From a virus (taxonomy: Duplodnaviria > Caudoviricetes): a DNA stretch of 64,000 nucleotides. The position numbers and the translations under genes were made by a program. The stretch covers positions 60,869-124,868 of IMG/VR virus record IMGVR_UViG_3300028048_000079; one strand, written 5' to 3'. Each line of letters begins with the position of its first letter. Positions within the stretch are counted from its first letter, which is position 1. Of the stretch, positions 1 to 9,707 are shown piece after piece. The notes under the pieces are model-generated. The model searched no databases and was not told where the DNA came from. It was given only the letters and a program-made list of their open reading frames with translations.

Positions 1-1
1 G

Positions 2-2758
2 GGTAATGGCATACTTACAACAGACTATATTGTTTTTAAACCAAATCAAATTAAGCATGCATTAGATAATAACGGTAATTATGGTTTAGATACTGATGAT
101 ATGACAGAAGCAAAAATACGTGAAGCAATTAAAGAAGTATTAACAGAAGCACTCATCACTGAAGGTGTTGAAACTAAAAATATGAAACTTGCCAAACATT
201 ATCTTTATCAGAAGAAAGGATTTAATGAGCAGCAAGCCATGCAATGTATTGGCCAAATTAAAACTGATATACCAAATTCAAGACTTGGTAAATGCAAATT
301 CATGCTTGCAATGGTAAGAATGTTCTGCGATGGTGATTTCACTGATGGAGCAACTATAATGAAAATCAATAAAAGCCTTAAATTTGCAGCATCCGATGCA
401 CATATAAATGAGTATAACAATGACTTGAATGGTTTATCCGCACAACAGTTAATTGATAAATTTGCTGTTTCAGCCCAACAAGATTTAGACCAAGATAGAA
501 ATGATGTCTCATCACAAGAATATAATGAAAGTAATAACCACTATGAAATCGTAAAGATAACCTCATTTGAAGAGGCAGAAGAGTATGGTGATTATGTATC
601 TTGGTGCGTAACTCATTATGATGACATGTACGACTCATATACAAGTAACGGCAATGGCGTATTCTATTTCTGTTTAAGAGATGGATGGCAAAACGAACCT
701 GAAGAACCCGGTGAAGGCTGTCCTCTTGATAGTTATGGTTTGTCTATGATTGCTGTATCTGTTAATAGTGATGGCTCATGTAATACAATAACATGCAGAT
801 GGAACCACGATAATGGAGGAAATGACAATATCATGACAACAAAACAGTTATCAGAAGTAATTGGAAGAAACTTCTATGATGTTTTCAAACCGCTTACATT
901 GGAAGAGATACAAGAAAACCAAAAACGCATCCTTATGGATATTGCTGATGAAGTAAGCACTATTGACATTGAGTATGATGCTGAGAAACTTGAATTTGAC
1001 CCGGACTATGGTGATACCATAGAGGCTGATGTATATGTATATAAGTCAGAAAAAGATGCAAGTGTCATAATTGGTGAAGAAGGAGAATTTATAATTGATA
1101 TGGTATTTGACTCTGTTAATTATAGAGTTGGGGATACAATGACCGTATATCTTGGCAAAAAGTCCAATTTTGTAACATTATATTATTCAGAAGGATATAT
1201 TGTAAAAGGAAAACTTGTTAGTGATACATGGTTTGACCAAGCCCATAATGAGTTCAATGACGGTTATGGAATGGTTCGTCTAAATAACAAATGGAACTTA
1301 ATTGATAAAAATGGGCAATACTTATTGAAAGATTGGCATGATGCTATTGGCAGAAGACGTTTGAAAGATAGTTACATTGAAGTTGTAGATAATGGAAAAA
1401 CGAATTTCATTAATATGGAAACCAATGAATATTTGTTTGACAGACCTGTAGCTTATATATTCTTTGCCGATGATTATGGTACTTTCATAAGGTTGGAAGG
1501 TAATGACTATATACAAGTTTATGACCCCAAAACCCTTAAATTAAGAGCACCTTGGAAAATACAACGGTTGTTAGGATATTGTTATTCATCTTTCTATTGT
1601 GTAGAATTAACAAATGATGAACAATATCTAATTGATAACAAAGGCAATTTATATGGCTATATCAGTAAAGAACTTGCATATCAAAACCCAATGATTAACA
1701 CTTCTGAAAATGAAAGCATTTCAAGAAACTATATTGATGAAGTAAGGTATATTGATGCACGTGATGAGAAATATAATGGAGCAGTCCACAAAAAGCATTG
1801 GACTGAGATATATAACCAAGAGCCGATAACAGATGATAGCAGAATACGTGTGTTTCACGGATGTGAGTTGAAGACTGCTTGTAATATAGCTATTAACGGT
1901 ACGTCAGGAAAAACATACCATACAAGGCAATATTCTTATGAAGCCGGTATGAACCCATTAGGAATATTCGTAACAACAGATTTTGAAACTGCAAAGAAAT
2001 TCGGTGTATCTAATTCCGGTATGGCAATTATTGAATTTACTGCCAAAGGTTCTGATTTGGAAACCCCTGTATGGAATGGCCAAGGTTCATATTTTGGACA
2101 AGGTAGTAATCCTATGCCATTTAGTAATAGTGATGAAAGAGATGCACAGAAAATGCAATACAGACAGAATGCACTAAATACTCCCGATGATTATTACTAT
2201 GATGATAAACATCAAAAACGTGACATCTCTATGAGTCATGTTAGAAATTCAGATAAACCGGAAATGGCCGATAGAATTTTCAATAATACAGAACATCAGG
2301 CATTGTTTATTGGTGATTTAAATCCTAATATGATAAAAAGAATATGGGTGAAATTACCAAGAGAAGATGGGTATGTACATTCAGATGATAACTATCAACC
2401 AATGAGTGTCAGAGAGTTTATAAAGAAATTCAAGGATAAAGAATGGTGCGAAGGTACTGATTATAAGGGAAATTGGAAATATTCCAAGATAAGAAAAGAA
2501 AAACTATTCTATCCTAATGAAGATGTTAAATCATTTGATGATGTGATTGATAGGATTTGGAAAAATGAAAAAAATTATTATAACAGTCGTGAAGAAGTAA
2601 AACAATCACTTGAGTCTTTTGGAATGCTTCAAAATCCGCCATCAGATAATGCATATGACTTGATTAAAAACGAATTGTGGCCAAAACAGATTATACAACT
2701 GTATGGCAAAGAATATTTTAAAAATAACTTTGATAGATTAGGACAATGGATACATTAG
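2..2758 (+). CDS. Large multidomain polyvalent-type protein, 5'-truncated by the window edge: end of an ART-PolyVal-like module, WG-type repeats, C-terminal ADP-ribosyltransferase-like module
   Basis: Frame is open from base 2 (GNGILTTDYIVFKPNQIKHALDNNGNYG...), matching the YxVFxPNQIK...NNG motif of polyvalent-protein ART-like modules. FNDGYGMVRLNNKWNLIDKNG resembles a WG repeat; RVFHGC...GIFVTTDFETAKKF...IIEF resembles an ART fold. Confidence 0.6.
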   Translation, partial: GNGILTTDYIVFKPNQIKHALDNNGNYGLDTDDMTEAKIREAIKEVLTEALITEGVETKNMKLAKHYLYQKKGFNEQQAMQCIGQIKTDIPNSRLGKCKFMLAMVRMFCDGDFTDGATIMKINKSLKFAASDAHINEYNNDLNGLSAQQLIDKFAVSAQQDLDQDRNDVSSQEYNESNNHYEIVKITSFEEAEEYGDYVSWCVTHYDDMYDSYTSNGNGVFYFCLRDGWQNEPEEPGEGCPLDSYGLSMIAVSVNSDGSCNTITCRWNHDNGGNDNIMTTKQLSEVIGRNFYDVFKPLTLEEIQENQKRILMDIADEVSTIDIEYDAEKLEFDPDYGDTIEADVYVYKSEKDASVIIGEEGEFIIDMVFDSVNYRVGDTMTVYLGKKSNFVTLYYSEGYIVKGKLVSDTWFDQAHNEFNDGYGMVRLNNKWNLIDKNGQYLLKDWHDAIGRRRLKDSYIEVVDNGKTNFINMETNEYLFDRPVAYIFFADDYGTFIRLEGNDYIQVYDPKTLKLRAPWKIQRLLGYCYSSFYCVELTNDEQYLIDNKGNLYGYISKELAYQNPMINTSENESISRNYIDEVRYIDARDEKYNGAVHKKHWTEIYNQEPITDDSRIRVFHGCELKTACNIAINGTSGKTYHTRQYSYEAGMNPLGIFVTTDFETAKKFGVSNSGMAIIEFTAKGSDLETPVWNGQGSYFGQGSNPMPFSNSDERDAQKMQYRQNALNTPDDYYYDDKHQKRDISMSHVRNSDKPEMADRIFNNTEHQALFIGDLNPNMIKRIWVKLPREDGYVHSDDNYQPMSVREFIKKFKDKEWCEGTDYKGNWKYSKIRKEKLFYPNEDVKSFDDVIDRIWKNEKNYYNSREEVKQSLESFGMLQNPPSDNAYDLIKNELWPKQIIQLYGKEYFKNNFDRLGQWIH

Positions 2759-3273
2759 ATAAAATAAAAAACCTAATGAGTAAAATCGACAATACATATA
2801 AACAGTCGATTAATGAAGGTGCATGGGGTGTCGGTCCAAGACAGAGTGACGATTATCTAGATTTGCAAAGCTTTGTTATAGACGATTGCAGAAAAGTCTT
2901 CAAAGATTATATAACAGGTAAAAAAGGACAACGCGGTAATGAAGGCGCCGATTTTTCGTGCATTGGACTAATTGACTTTATCTTTGAATTTTTCATAAAA
3001 ATGGATATTGTATTTGTGGATGAAGATAAGTACCTTGTCGATGAATATGCTAAATGTATCGAAAATTGTAAGAAAAATGAATGTTGGTTAAGTAAATGGA
3101 ATCATGATGCTGATATACAAGGCTCTCTTGACAATTTAAGTAAAAAATTAGAAATATATAAAAAGTTAGTTGATAATCCAAAACGTGAAGAAGAAAACAA
3201 GTTGATTAAAGAACTTGAAAATCTAAAAGACGATAAAGGACTACTTGACACGATACATGACCATATGGATTAA
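2746..3273 (+). CDS. Hypothetical protein; DUF4259-like GAWG start after a leader ending in INE
   Basis: ...KQSINE-GAWGVGPRQSDDYLD resembles the MGAWGxG start of DUF4259 proteins. Confidence 0.45.
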   Translation: MDTLDKIKNLMSKIDNTYKQSINEGAWGVGPRQSDDYLDLQSFVIDDCRKVFKDYITGKKGQRGNEGADFSCIGLIDFIFEFFIKMDIVFVDEDKYLVDEYAKCIENCKKNECWLSKWNHDADIQGSLDNLSKKLEIYKKLVDNPKREEENKLIKELENLKDDKGLLDTIHDHMD

Positions 3274-3348
3274 CATTTTTTAACGGAATTTCTTTGGAAG
3301 TTCCGTTTTTTATTTGTAAATTTGCAGAAAATTAAGAATGTAAAGTAT

Positions 3349-3753
3349 ATGGTAATTGAAGATTTTACAGAAGAGTACTCAAATAATTGGGTTTCGAATG
3401 ATAAGTTCCTTTTTAAGAATGACGTTGTTGAGTTCTATTATCGTTGGACAATTAATGCACATACGTATCAGCCCGGTTGGGATGACGATTGGAATACACG
3501 TTATGTCATTCAAATTTTAGTTGATAATGACTCAAGACATGAAGAGCATAAAACTGATGACATTATGCTAAATGACAGACTTTATTCCTTCTTTATGAAG
3601 GAAAGGGAAATCTGTCACAAAAAACTTAATTCTGATGATTTGCAAAAGGTAATTAACCTAATTGATAAAATTAGGATTGAGCCGAAAATCAAAAAGAACA
3701 AATACGAAAAAATAAAGGCCATCCTTAATGGAGGGCACTTTATGGTATTTTAA
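3349..3753 (+). CDS. Hypothetical protein
   Basis: ATG at 3349 downstream of promoter TAAATTTG (3317-3324); the TTG start in the ORF track lies inside the promoter. Confidence 0.7.
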   Translation: MVIEDFTEEYSNNWVSNDKFLFKNDVVEFYYRWTINAHTYQPGWDDDWNTRYVIQILVDNDSRHEEHKTDDIMLNDRLYSFFMKEREICHKKLNSDDLQKVINLIDKIRIEPKIKKNKYEKIKAILNGGHFMVF

Positions 3754-5141
3754 TAATTTTCAAAACGTCCGCTTTTTGTCGGTTTATTAATTTGCTTGCC
3801 GACACCTAAACTGTATTTTGCATTCATTTCTCCAAAAGTGATTGGAACAATATAGTCAATACCTAACTGTTTGGCTTGCATACAAATATCAGACAATGTT
3901 GCGCCGCCACTTATATTATCATCAAAGATAACAAATACAGTTCCTTTGATTTTATCCATCTCTTGTTTAACCATATCTGAATTGGGTAAAAAGTAATTTT
4001 TCATACCCATTCTGACATTATTCGGAAGGTTCTTAATCTGGAATTTTTTAGCTTCAAGCCTATGCATAGGTATTTTAGATACTCCACTACCCCTAAAATA
4101 TGGTTTAACAATATTCCACACATCTTCTGTTTTTCTTGCTTCAACTTGTGATTTTGTGCCTTTCAAAGTGCCGAAAATCTGAGATGCTTCTAATGCTCTG
4201 TTACGCCCTTGTTTCAGTGCATTATATATTTCTTGCCTTTTGTCATACAATTTCTTATAGAACTTTGCAAGTGCTTCTGGAAATCTATCACCATATTGTT
4301 TTCTATTAGTGTTATAGCAACGGTCTAACTGTGTGTATAGCATATTATATTCATTTATTAATACATTTACATTATTTCTAATATCTTCCGTATTCTTATA
4401 ATCAGAAAGAGTTTTATCAAGATACTGTTCGTGAGTAGTATTATCTTCTCCATACTTCCACATATTACTTTTATAATAATCTTTGTTTTTATTAACAAAA
4501 TCCGTATCTTTTTGAAGATTTGTTAAATCCTTCTTGAACATTGTTTGATTTATTTTTATTACATTCAATCCAGAAATACTCATATTGTTTGCTAAATCCG
4601 TAGCCATACGTTCATTAAACCCACTACTGCTTGGGACTGGATATATAGAAACCCCAGTAAAATTTACATTACCGTTAGACTGAGTTTTAAAATTATTTAT
4701 TGCCCATGAAACGACATAACTAACCTTTTTGGAAAATTGATTTAAAAACTCTCTATATTCAGCGTCATTCATCCACAAGTCATAAGACTCTTTCTGACCG
4801 TCGCCATCAAGGTCAACATTCATTTTTGCATGTTTATTTTTGAAATAATGCATAATTTCAGTACCACGTATTGATGTGATATTATAGGACATTATACCAC
4901 CCTTTAACGGCACTTCATATGTGTCAGAATTATTTTGGTCCATTTTACCGGTATTTAACAATTCAGCCGGGTTTAATTGACCAAAGTTTTTAGTTTGATT
5001 TGCGCTTTTACGTTTATTATATGTTAATTGAATTCTGTTTTTACCCTTCTTGTTACTAGCGTAAACATCTTCATTTAATACATCTTCACCATTGACGTAA
5101 TACTTGTAAGCCTCTTCTGTTATTTTAATAATCCTATTCAT
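3750..5141 (-). CDS. Type I phosphoribosyltransferase-fold protein with a large insertion
   Basis: PRPP-binding loop VFVIFDDNISGGATL near the C-terminus; upstream IYPVPSSSGFN motif. Confidence 0.65.
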   Translation of the reverse strand: MNRIIKITEEAYKYYVNGEDVLNEDVYASNKKGKNRIQLTYNKRKSANQTKNFGQLNPAELLNTGKMDQNNSDTYEVPLKGGIMSYNITSIRGTEIMHYFKNKHAKMNVDLDGDGQKESYDLWMNDAEYREFLNQFSKKVSYVVSWAINNFKTQSNGNVNFTGVSIYPVPSSSGFNERMATDLANNMSISGLNVIKINQTMFKKDLTNLQKDTDFVNKNKDYYKSNMWKYGEDNTTHEQYLDKTLSDYKNTEDIRNNVNVLINEYNMLYTQLDRCYNTNRKQYGDRFPEALAKFYKKLYDKRQEIYNALKQGRNRALEASQIFGTLKGTKSQVEARKTEDVWNIVKPYFRGSGVSKIPMHRLEAKKFQIKNLPNNVRMGMKNYFLPNSDMVKQEMDKIKGTVFVIFDDNISGGATLSDICMQAKQLGIDYIVPITFGEMNAKYSLGVGKQINKPTKSGRFENY

Positions 5142-5165
5142 TCTTTTTTTCGAACTTTTTTTTAT

Positions 5166-6149
5166 TTATTCGTGGACAAAAATGCATGTCTTTTTACTCC
5201 ATTCCTCATTTAATTCATCATAATATAATTGGACAACACCATAGTATCGTTTAGCAATTTTATGAATTAATCTTTCTGCCCACTTGGAAAGCATTTTTCG
5301 ATACTTCTCCGCATTAAACTGATTTGAATTTAATTTTGGTACAGATGCATCACGATAATTCTTAAGTATAAATAAGTTGAGATTAAATAATTCCGCATCA
5401 TTGGATTTGTCAAGCCCATCAAAAAAACCAATTTCTGTTTTTTTAAGATTATTATATGACAAGGTTTCTTTGAATTTTTCTTTTACATTTGAATGATGTG
5501 CATTTAATCCTTTTAACTCTTGTTTTAATTGATTTGTATAAGAATTGCCTTCTGTATAGTTACTAAAATAACATAGCCATGCAATATTTCTTAACAACTG
5601 ACTATTTGATTTATAATTGTCTTTCATGAAAATGGCGTTGCTTGATGTTTTCTTGTTAATGAACAACCCCTCTCCACCTCTTATTAAGTCATTCCAATCA
5701 TCATATAAATGTCCTACTTCATGTGAAACAACGTATCTAATTTTAGATGCATTATATTTTCCTTCGTCCGAAACAGGGAAAATAAATGTTAAATAAGCCA
5801 TATCAAGTTTATTATCTTCTGTTAATGTTTCATTTGAATTAGAAAAACCACTATACAGCGCCTTATCTGATATATCTTCCCCATAATTAAGAGCAATATT
5901 TATATTAATTGTCTTAAAATAAAGATTATATGAAGTAGTAAAATTAGTTTCAAAAGAACCTTTATATAAATCAACCATATCAGAAACATAATTGCAAACT
6001 GTCATTTCAACCTCTGACTTAACCTTGTCTAAAAATTCAGGATAATGTAATGCCTCATCAATAATGGACTTCCTTTGATATTTTAACACATCTTCTCCAT
6101 TGACGTAATAGTTGTAAGTATCTTCTGTTATCTTAATAATCCTATTCAT
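5166..6149 (-). CDS. Putative zincin-like metallopeptidase (HExxH)
   Basis: VVSHEVGHLYDDWN plus downstream TEGNSY; paralog of 9708-10727. Confidence 0.6.
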   Translation of the reverse strand: MNRIIKITEDTYNYYVNGEDVLKYQRKSIIDEALHYPEFLDKVKSEVEMTVCNYVSDMVDLYKGSFETNFTTSYNLYFKTININIALNYGEDISDKALYSGFSNSNETLTEDNKLDMAYLTFIFPVSDEGKYNASKIRYVVSHEVGHLYDDWNDLIRGGEGLFINKKTSSNAIFMKDNYKSNSQLLRNIAWLCYFSNYTEGNSYTNQLKQELKGLNAHHSNVKEKFKETLSYNNLKKTEIGFFDGLDKSNDAELFNLNLFILKNYRDASVPKLNSNQFNAEKYRKMLSKWAERLIHKIAKRYYGVVQLYYDELNEEWSKKTCIFVHE

Positions 6150-6239
6150 TTATACCAAGCATTCTTATCATAAGATAATTATAATAAATTTAACCAAAAT
6201 AATTTGGTAAAATCAATATAAAATAGTATATTTGCCAAC

Positions 6240-6431
6240 ATGATAGACAATACGGGAATAAACTGGGAACAAGCAAGAGTTGATGCTGCCATCAACATCA
6301 TGAACGCTATACTAAGCAGTTCTGTAATGACGTTTGTATTACAATTCATTTTTAAACGTCAATTGGCTGACCTTGCCGTGGATTATGCAGATAAACTCAT
6401 TGAAGAACTTAAAAGAAAAAAACATGACTAA
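6240..6431 (+). CDS. Small hypothetical phage protein (WEQxRxxAAI family)
   Basis: ORF directly behind promoter TATATTTG (6227-6234); ends AVDYADKLIEELK. Confidence 0.7.
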   Translation: MIDNTGINWEQARVDAAINIMNAILSSSVMTFVLQFIFKRQLADLAVDYADKLIEELKRKKHD

Positions 6432-6909
6432 ATACATATTTTTAGATATTGACTATACACTATCTTCCAAAGATTGGGAACGGTACTACAGGGACAAAGG
6501 ATTACAATACTTTGCAGAAGTAGACCCGGATATCGATTTCCGTGCAGTAGAACGAGTAAATAAACTTGTAGAAGCAACCAATGCTAAAATTATTCTTTCA
6601 TCATCTTGGCGTTTCTACTTATCCGAAACAATTAACAGACTTAGAAATTCAGGTCTTAAATACCCTATTTCAGATATCATCAAGGGTGAAGAATGTGTTT
6701 ATAGTGACAACTGGCCGGATGTAAAACACCCGACAAGAGGTGATTTGATAAATGATTTTATCAAAGAACACCCATGTGATAGATATGTAATACTTGATGA
6801 TACCAATGATATGACAGAGGAACAACAACCGTTCCTTGTACAAACATCAGTTGAATATGGTTTCAATGATGAAGACTTGGAAAAGGCAATAAATATACTT
6901 AATATTTGA
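6424..6909 (+). CDS. HAD-superfamily phosphatase (HAD_SAK_2 / RNA-repair-associated type)
   Basis: YIFLDIDYTL (motif I), KIILSSSWR (motif II), YVILDD (motif IV); ATG at 6424. Confidence 0.8.
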   Translation: MTKYIFLDIDYTLSSKDWERYYRDKGLQYFAEVDPDIDFRAVERVNKLVEATNAKIILSSSWRFYLSETINRLRNSGLKYPISDIIKGEECVYSDNWPDVKHPTRGDLINDFIKEHPCDRYVILDDTNDMTEEQQPFLVQTSVEYGFNDEDLEKAINILNI

Positions 6910-6960
6910 ATAACAAGGCATATTTATAATATATAACGTTATAATAAAGAAATATTAGTC

Positions 6961-8607
6961 ATGGCTAAGTATAATTTAAATAGAAAACAATTGCAAGAAC
7001 ATATTGAGGCTGTATTGGCAGAAGCCCTATATGACAATGATATGTCAAATCTTGCTAAAACAACCGGCGAAACAATGGACGATGACTTCCTCGATTCAGT
7101 TGCTTATTATGATAATATAAATAACGGTCCTGAAGGCCCTGTTTATGCTGATAGAAAAGCAGAAGAAATGTCATCCGATTGGAGAGAAATAGATGACCAA
7201 GCAGCAGATACACAAGCCAAATACGGAAAAAATGCTGATGAACTTGATAAACTCAATGCATTCTCAGATACTATTGACCAATATGTCAATGACACAAATC
7301 TGAATGGATATGAGGACAATAGTGGCTTCATGGCTATGCGTGACTATGATGATGCACGTGCAGAAGCAGAACACCCAATGGAGTCAATTATCCGTAAAAT
7401 GGTCAAAGAAGCATTGTCAACTGTGCATGTTGGGGATTATGACAAACCAAATCATCCGGATGATTTCTCAAACAATTACAGAACCAACGCGCATAAATTT
7501 GCACATGATGGTGTAGATGCTTATTTCGCAAGAAAAGACCAAGATAAAATGCACAAAAAAGAAAAGGATAACATGAAACGTGCAGATAAACGTGCAATGG
7601 CTGCTGCTGATAAACGTCCGTTACACCGTAAAGGCTCTCTTAACCGTGCATTTGAAAGTAAAATAAGAAATATGGTCAAAGAAGCACTTAACGAATATTC
7701 AGATGATGATGCCTTTTGGAAACAACAGCAAGATGATGAGATGAGTTATGATATGAGAGAACTCACCAAGGCAATGCAACAAGCCAACGGTACATATCAT
7801 GCAAAATCATCTGACGGACAATTCCAAACCGGTGATAAAGTAATTGTACACGGTAGAACTCAAAATATAGAAGGTGTCATTAAAGATTTCGGTACACACC
7901 TCATGACATGGGAAGAAACTTGTGATGTTGATTATGAGAAAGACGGAAAAACATGGACATTGCTATCAGTTCCCCTTAACAAAATCGAAAAGGTAACTGC
8001 AAACGAAGGAAAAATTCATGAGGAAATAGATACAGGCCAAGTACGTTCATCACAGGATAACGAAGACTCTAAAAGACATAGGTTAAAAAGAGATGAGGCG
8101 AATAAAGAAATTAACAGACAAATAAGGAAATTACGTCAACAAATTTCTGATTATGAGGATGATGGAAAAGATACAACACCACTTACTAATAAAATCAAAT
8201 CACTGAAAAAACAACTTAAAGAGTCGTGGTATCCAGAAGAAGATGACGATTTGTCAGACTATTCATATGGTGCAATCATGAAACTTAACGTCGACGGAAT
8301 GTTCGATGAATTGACACCTGAGAAAGTACAGGAATTGCAATCAGTAAAGGATGAATATATTGACAATTCCAATAACTATTCATCAGTCTTGGTAAGACAA
8401 ATCTTACTTCAACCAGATGGATTTGATGGATATGATGTGTCAGTAGAGGTTGCTGTATCTTCTCCTGATATGCCAATGGATGCAATCGAAGAAGAAGTTG
8501 AAAGCATGGTTTGGTACTACATCGAAGAGAAAACTGGCGTAAGAAGCCCAAGAGTCTACATAGTAGATGAAAAGGAAGTATTCGACAGACGTTCAAAAAA
8601 TAGATAA
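6961..8607 (+). CDS. Acidic multidomain protein, probable internal head protein
   Basis: Repeated linkers ESIIRKMVKEAL / ESKIRNMVKEALNE and LKE, IHE motifs; TATTTAT at 6921 upstream. Confidence 0.5.
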   Translation: MAKYNLNRKQLQEHIEAVLAEALYDNDMSNLAKTTGETMDDDFLDSVAYYDNINNGPEGPVYADRKAEEMSSDWREIDDQAADTQAKYGKNADELDKLNAFSDTIDQYVNDTNLNGYEDNSGFMAMRDYDDARAEAEHPMESIIRKMVKEALSTVHVGDYDKPNHPDDFSNNYRTNAHKFAHDGVDAYFARKDQDKMHKKEKDNMKRADKRAMAAADKRPLHRKGSLNRAFESKIRNMVKEALNEYSDDDAFWKQQQDDEMSYDMRELTKAMQQANGTYHAKSSDGQFQTGDKVIVHGRTQNIEGVIKDFGTHLMTWEETCDVDYEKDGKTWTLLSVPLNKIEKVTANEGKIHEEIDTGQVRSSQDNEDSKRHRLKRDEANKEINRQIRKLRQQISDYEDDGKDTTPLTNKIKSLKKQLKESWYPEEDDDLSDYSYGAIMKLNVDGMFDELTPEKVQELQSVKDEYIDNSNNYSSVLVRQILLQPDGFDGYDVSVEVAVSSPDMPMDAIEEEVESMVWYYIEEKTGVRSPRVYIVDEKEVFDRRSKNR

Positions 8608-8638
8608 AATAAAAACATATGTATCATAACATATATAA

Positions 8639-9328
8639 ATGGCACAGAAAATAAATCAAAAACAATTTGTTAATATTGTCAAAGAAACAATAACCAAAAC
8701 ACTTAAAGAAAGCGGTTTCGATGGATATGATATGCAGCCACAAACTCCTATAACCAAACAACAGCAGATAGATGCCTCATGGAATGAGTTTAATGATACC
8801 AATAAAAAGAATCTTGAAAGGCAAAAGAAAGACGGAAATGTAAGTGCATTCCTTGACAGCAACATCAATACACAGGACTTCAAAGGGCAACTTGGTATGA
8901 ACACAATGTCTTCTGATAAGAATGTGGCTGATATGGCGCAACTTGTCAGAGGCACACCAAGACAGACAGCACAGAGATTTGATAAATACTCAAAACAAAA
9001 ATATATGGAATCGAAAAAACGAAAATTCAATATGACCGAAAGCCAACTTAATAACCTTATTAAAGAATGTATAACAGAAGTGTTGGCAGAAAGAACTAAA
9101 AAACAATTGAAAGAATCAGATGAATTTAAACCAACAGGGTATAGAACTGTCTCTAATTTAGGAGGACATGAGGTGCAAATTCATCCGTCTGGTGATTCAG
9201 CACGTTTTAAATTCTATGGCGGACAACCAACTGACTGGATGGAAATTGATTTCGATGAGAATGGCGCTGCATATGTTGAAACTGAAAGAGGAAAAGAATT
9301 ATTAGCAGATTATATGAGATATCAATAA
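8639..9328 (+). CDS. Probable internal head protein
   Basis: Leaders QKINQKQFVNIVKETITKTLKE and MTESQLNNLIKECITEVL; followed by terminator hairpin at 9339-9369. Confidence 0.5.
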   Translation: MAQKINQKQFVNIVKETITKTLKESGFDGYDMQPQTPITKQQQIDASWNEFNDTNKKNLERQKKDGNVSAFLDSNINTQDFKGQLGMNTMSSDKNVADMAQLVRGTPRQTAQRFDKYSKQKYMESKKRKFNMTESQLNNLIKECITEVLAERTKKQLKESDEFKPTGYRTVSNLGGHEVQIHPSGDSARFKFYGGQPTDWMEIDFDENGAAYVETERGKELLADYMRYQ

Positions 9329-9338
9329 TATACAAAAG

Positions 9339-9369
9339 AAGGCTTGGAAAACAAAAATCCAAGCCTTTT
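9339..9369. terminator. Bidirectional intrinsic terminator between convergent genes
   Basis: AAGGCTTGGA...TCCAAGCCTT inverted repeat flanked by A and T runs. Confidence 0.75.
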
Positions 9370-9375
9370 CAATTT

Positions 9376-9660
9376 TTAGTCATTAAGTATAACACTATCT
9401 CCTCCTGTGCCACCTTGCTCGTATTTCTCAGAAACTACCTTGGTAATTCCGCCACTTGCCAAAACAGCAGACACAGCACCAATATATGCTGCCATACCTG
9501 TTAAATCCGTAGCAATAGTGTGCATATATATTGCTTCAATAGATAAAGCAAAAACAGGTACCAATAACAATAAGCAACCAATAATGGTTACACAAACAAG
9601 AAAAAAATTCTTGCTGCTAACACCGGTGTTGTTCCTTATTAACTTTGAAAAAAATAACAT
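9376..9660 (-). CDS. Small two-TM membrane protein (holin-like)
   Basis: Two hydrophobic helices, basic N-terminus, 94 aa; CATATTTAT upstream on the minus strand. Confidence 0.45.
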   Translation of the reverse strand: MLFFSKLIRNNTGVSSKNFFLVCVTIIGCLLLLVPVFALSIEAIYMHTIATDLTGMAAYIGAVSAVLASGGITKVVSEKYEQGGTGGDSVILND

Positions 9661-9707
9661 GCCATTCCTATTATAGAAATAAATATGTTATTATAAAACA
9701 AAATCAC

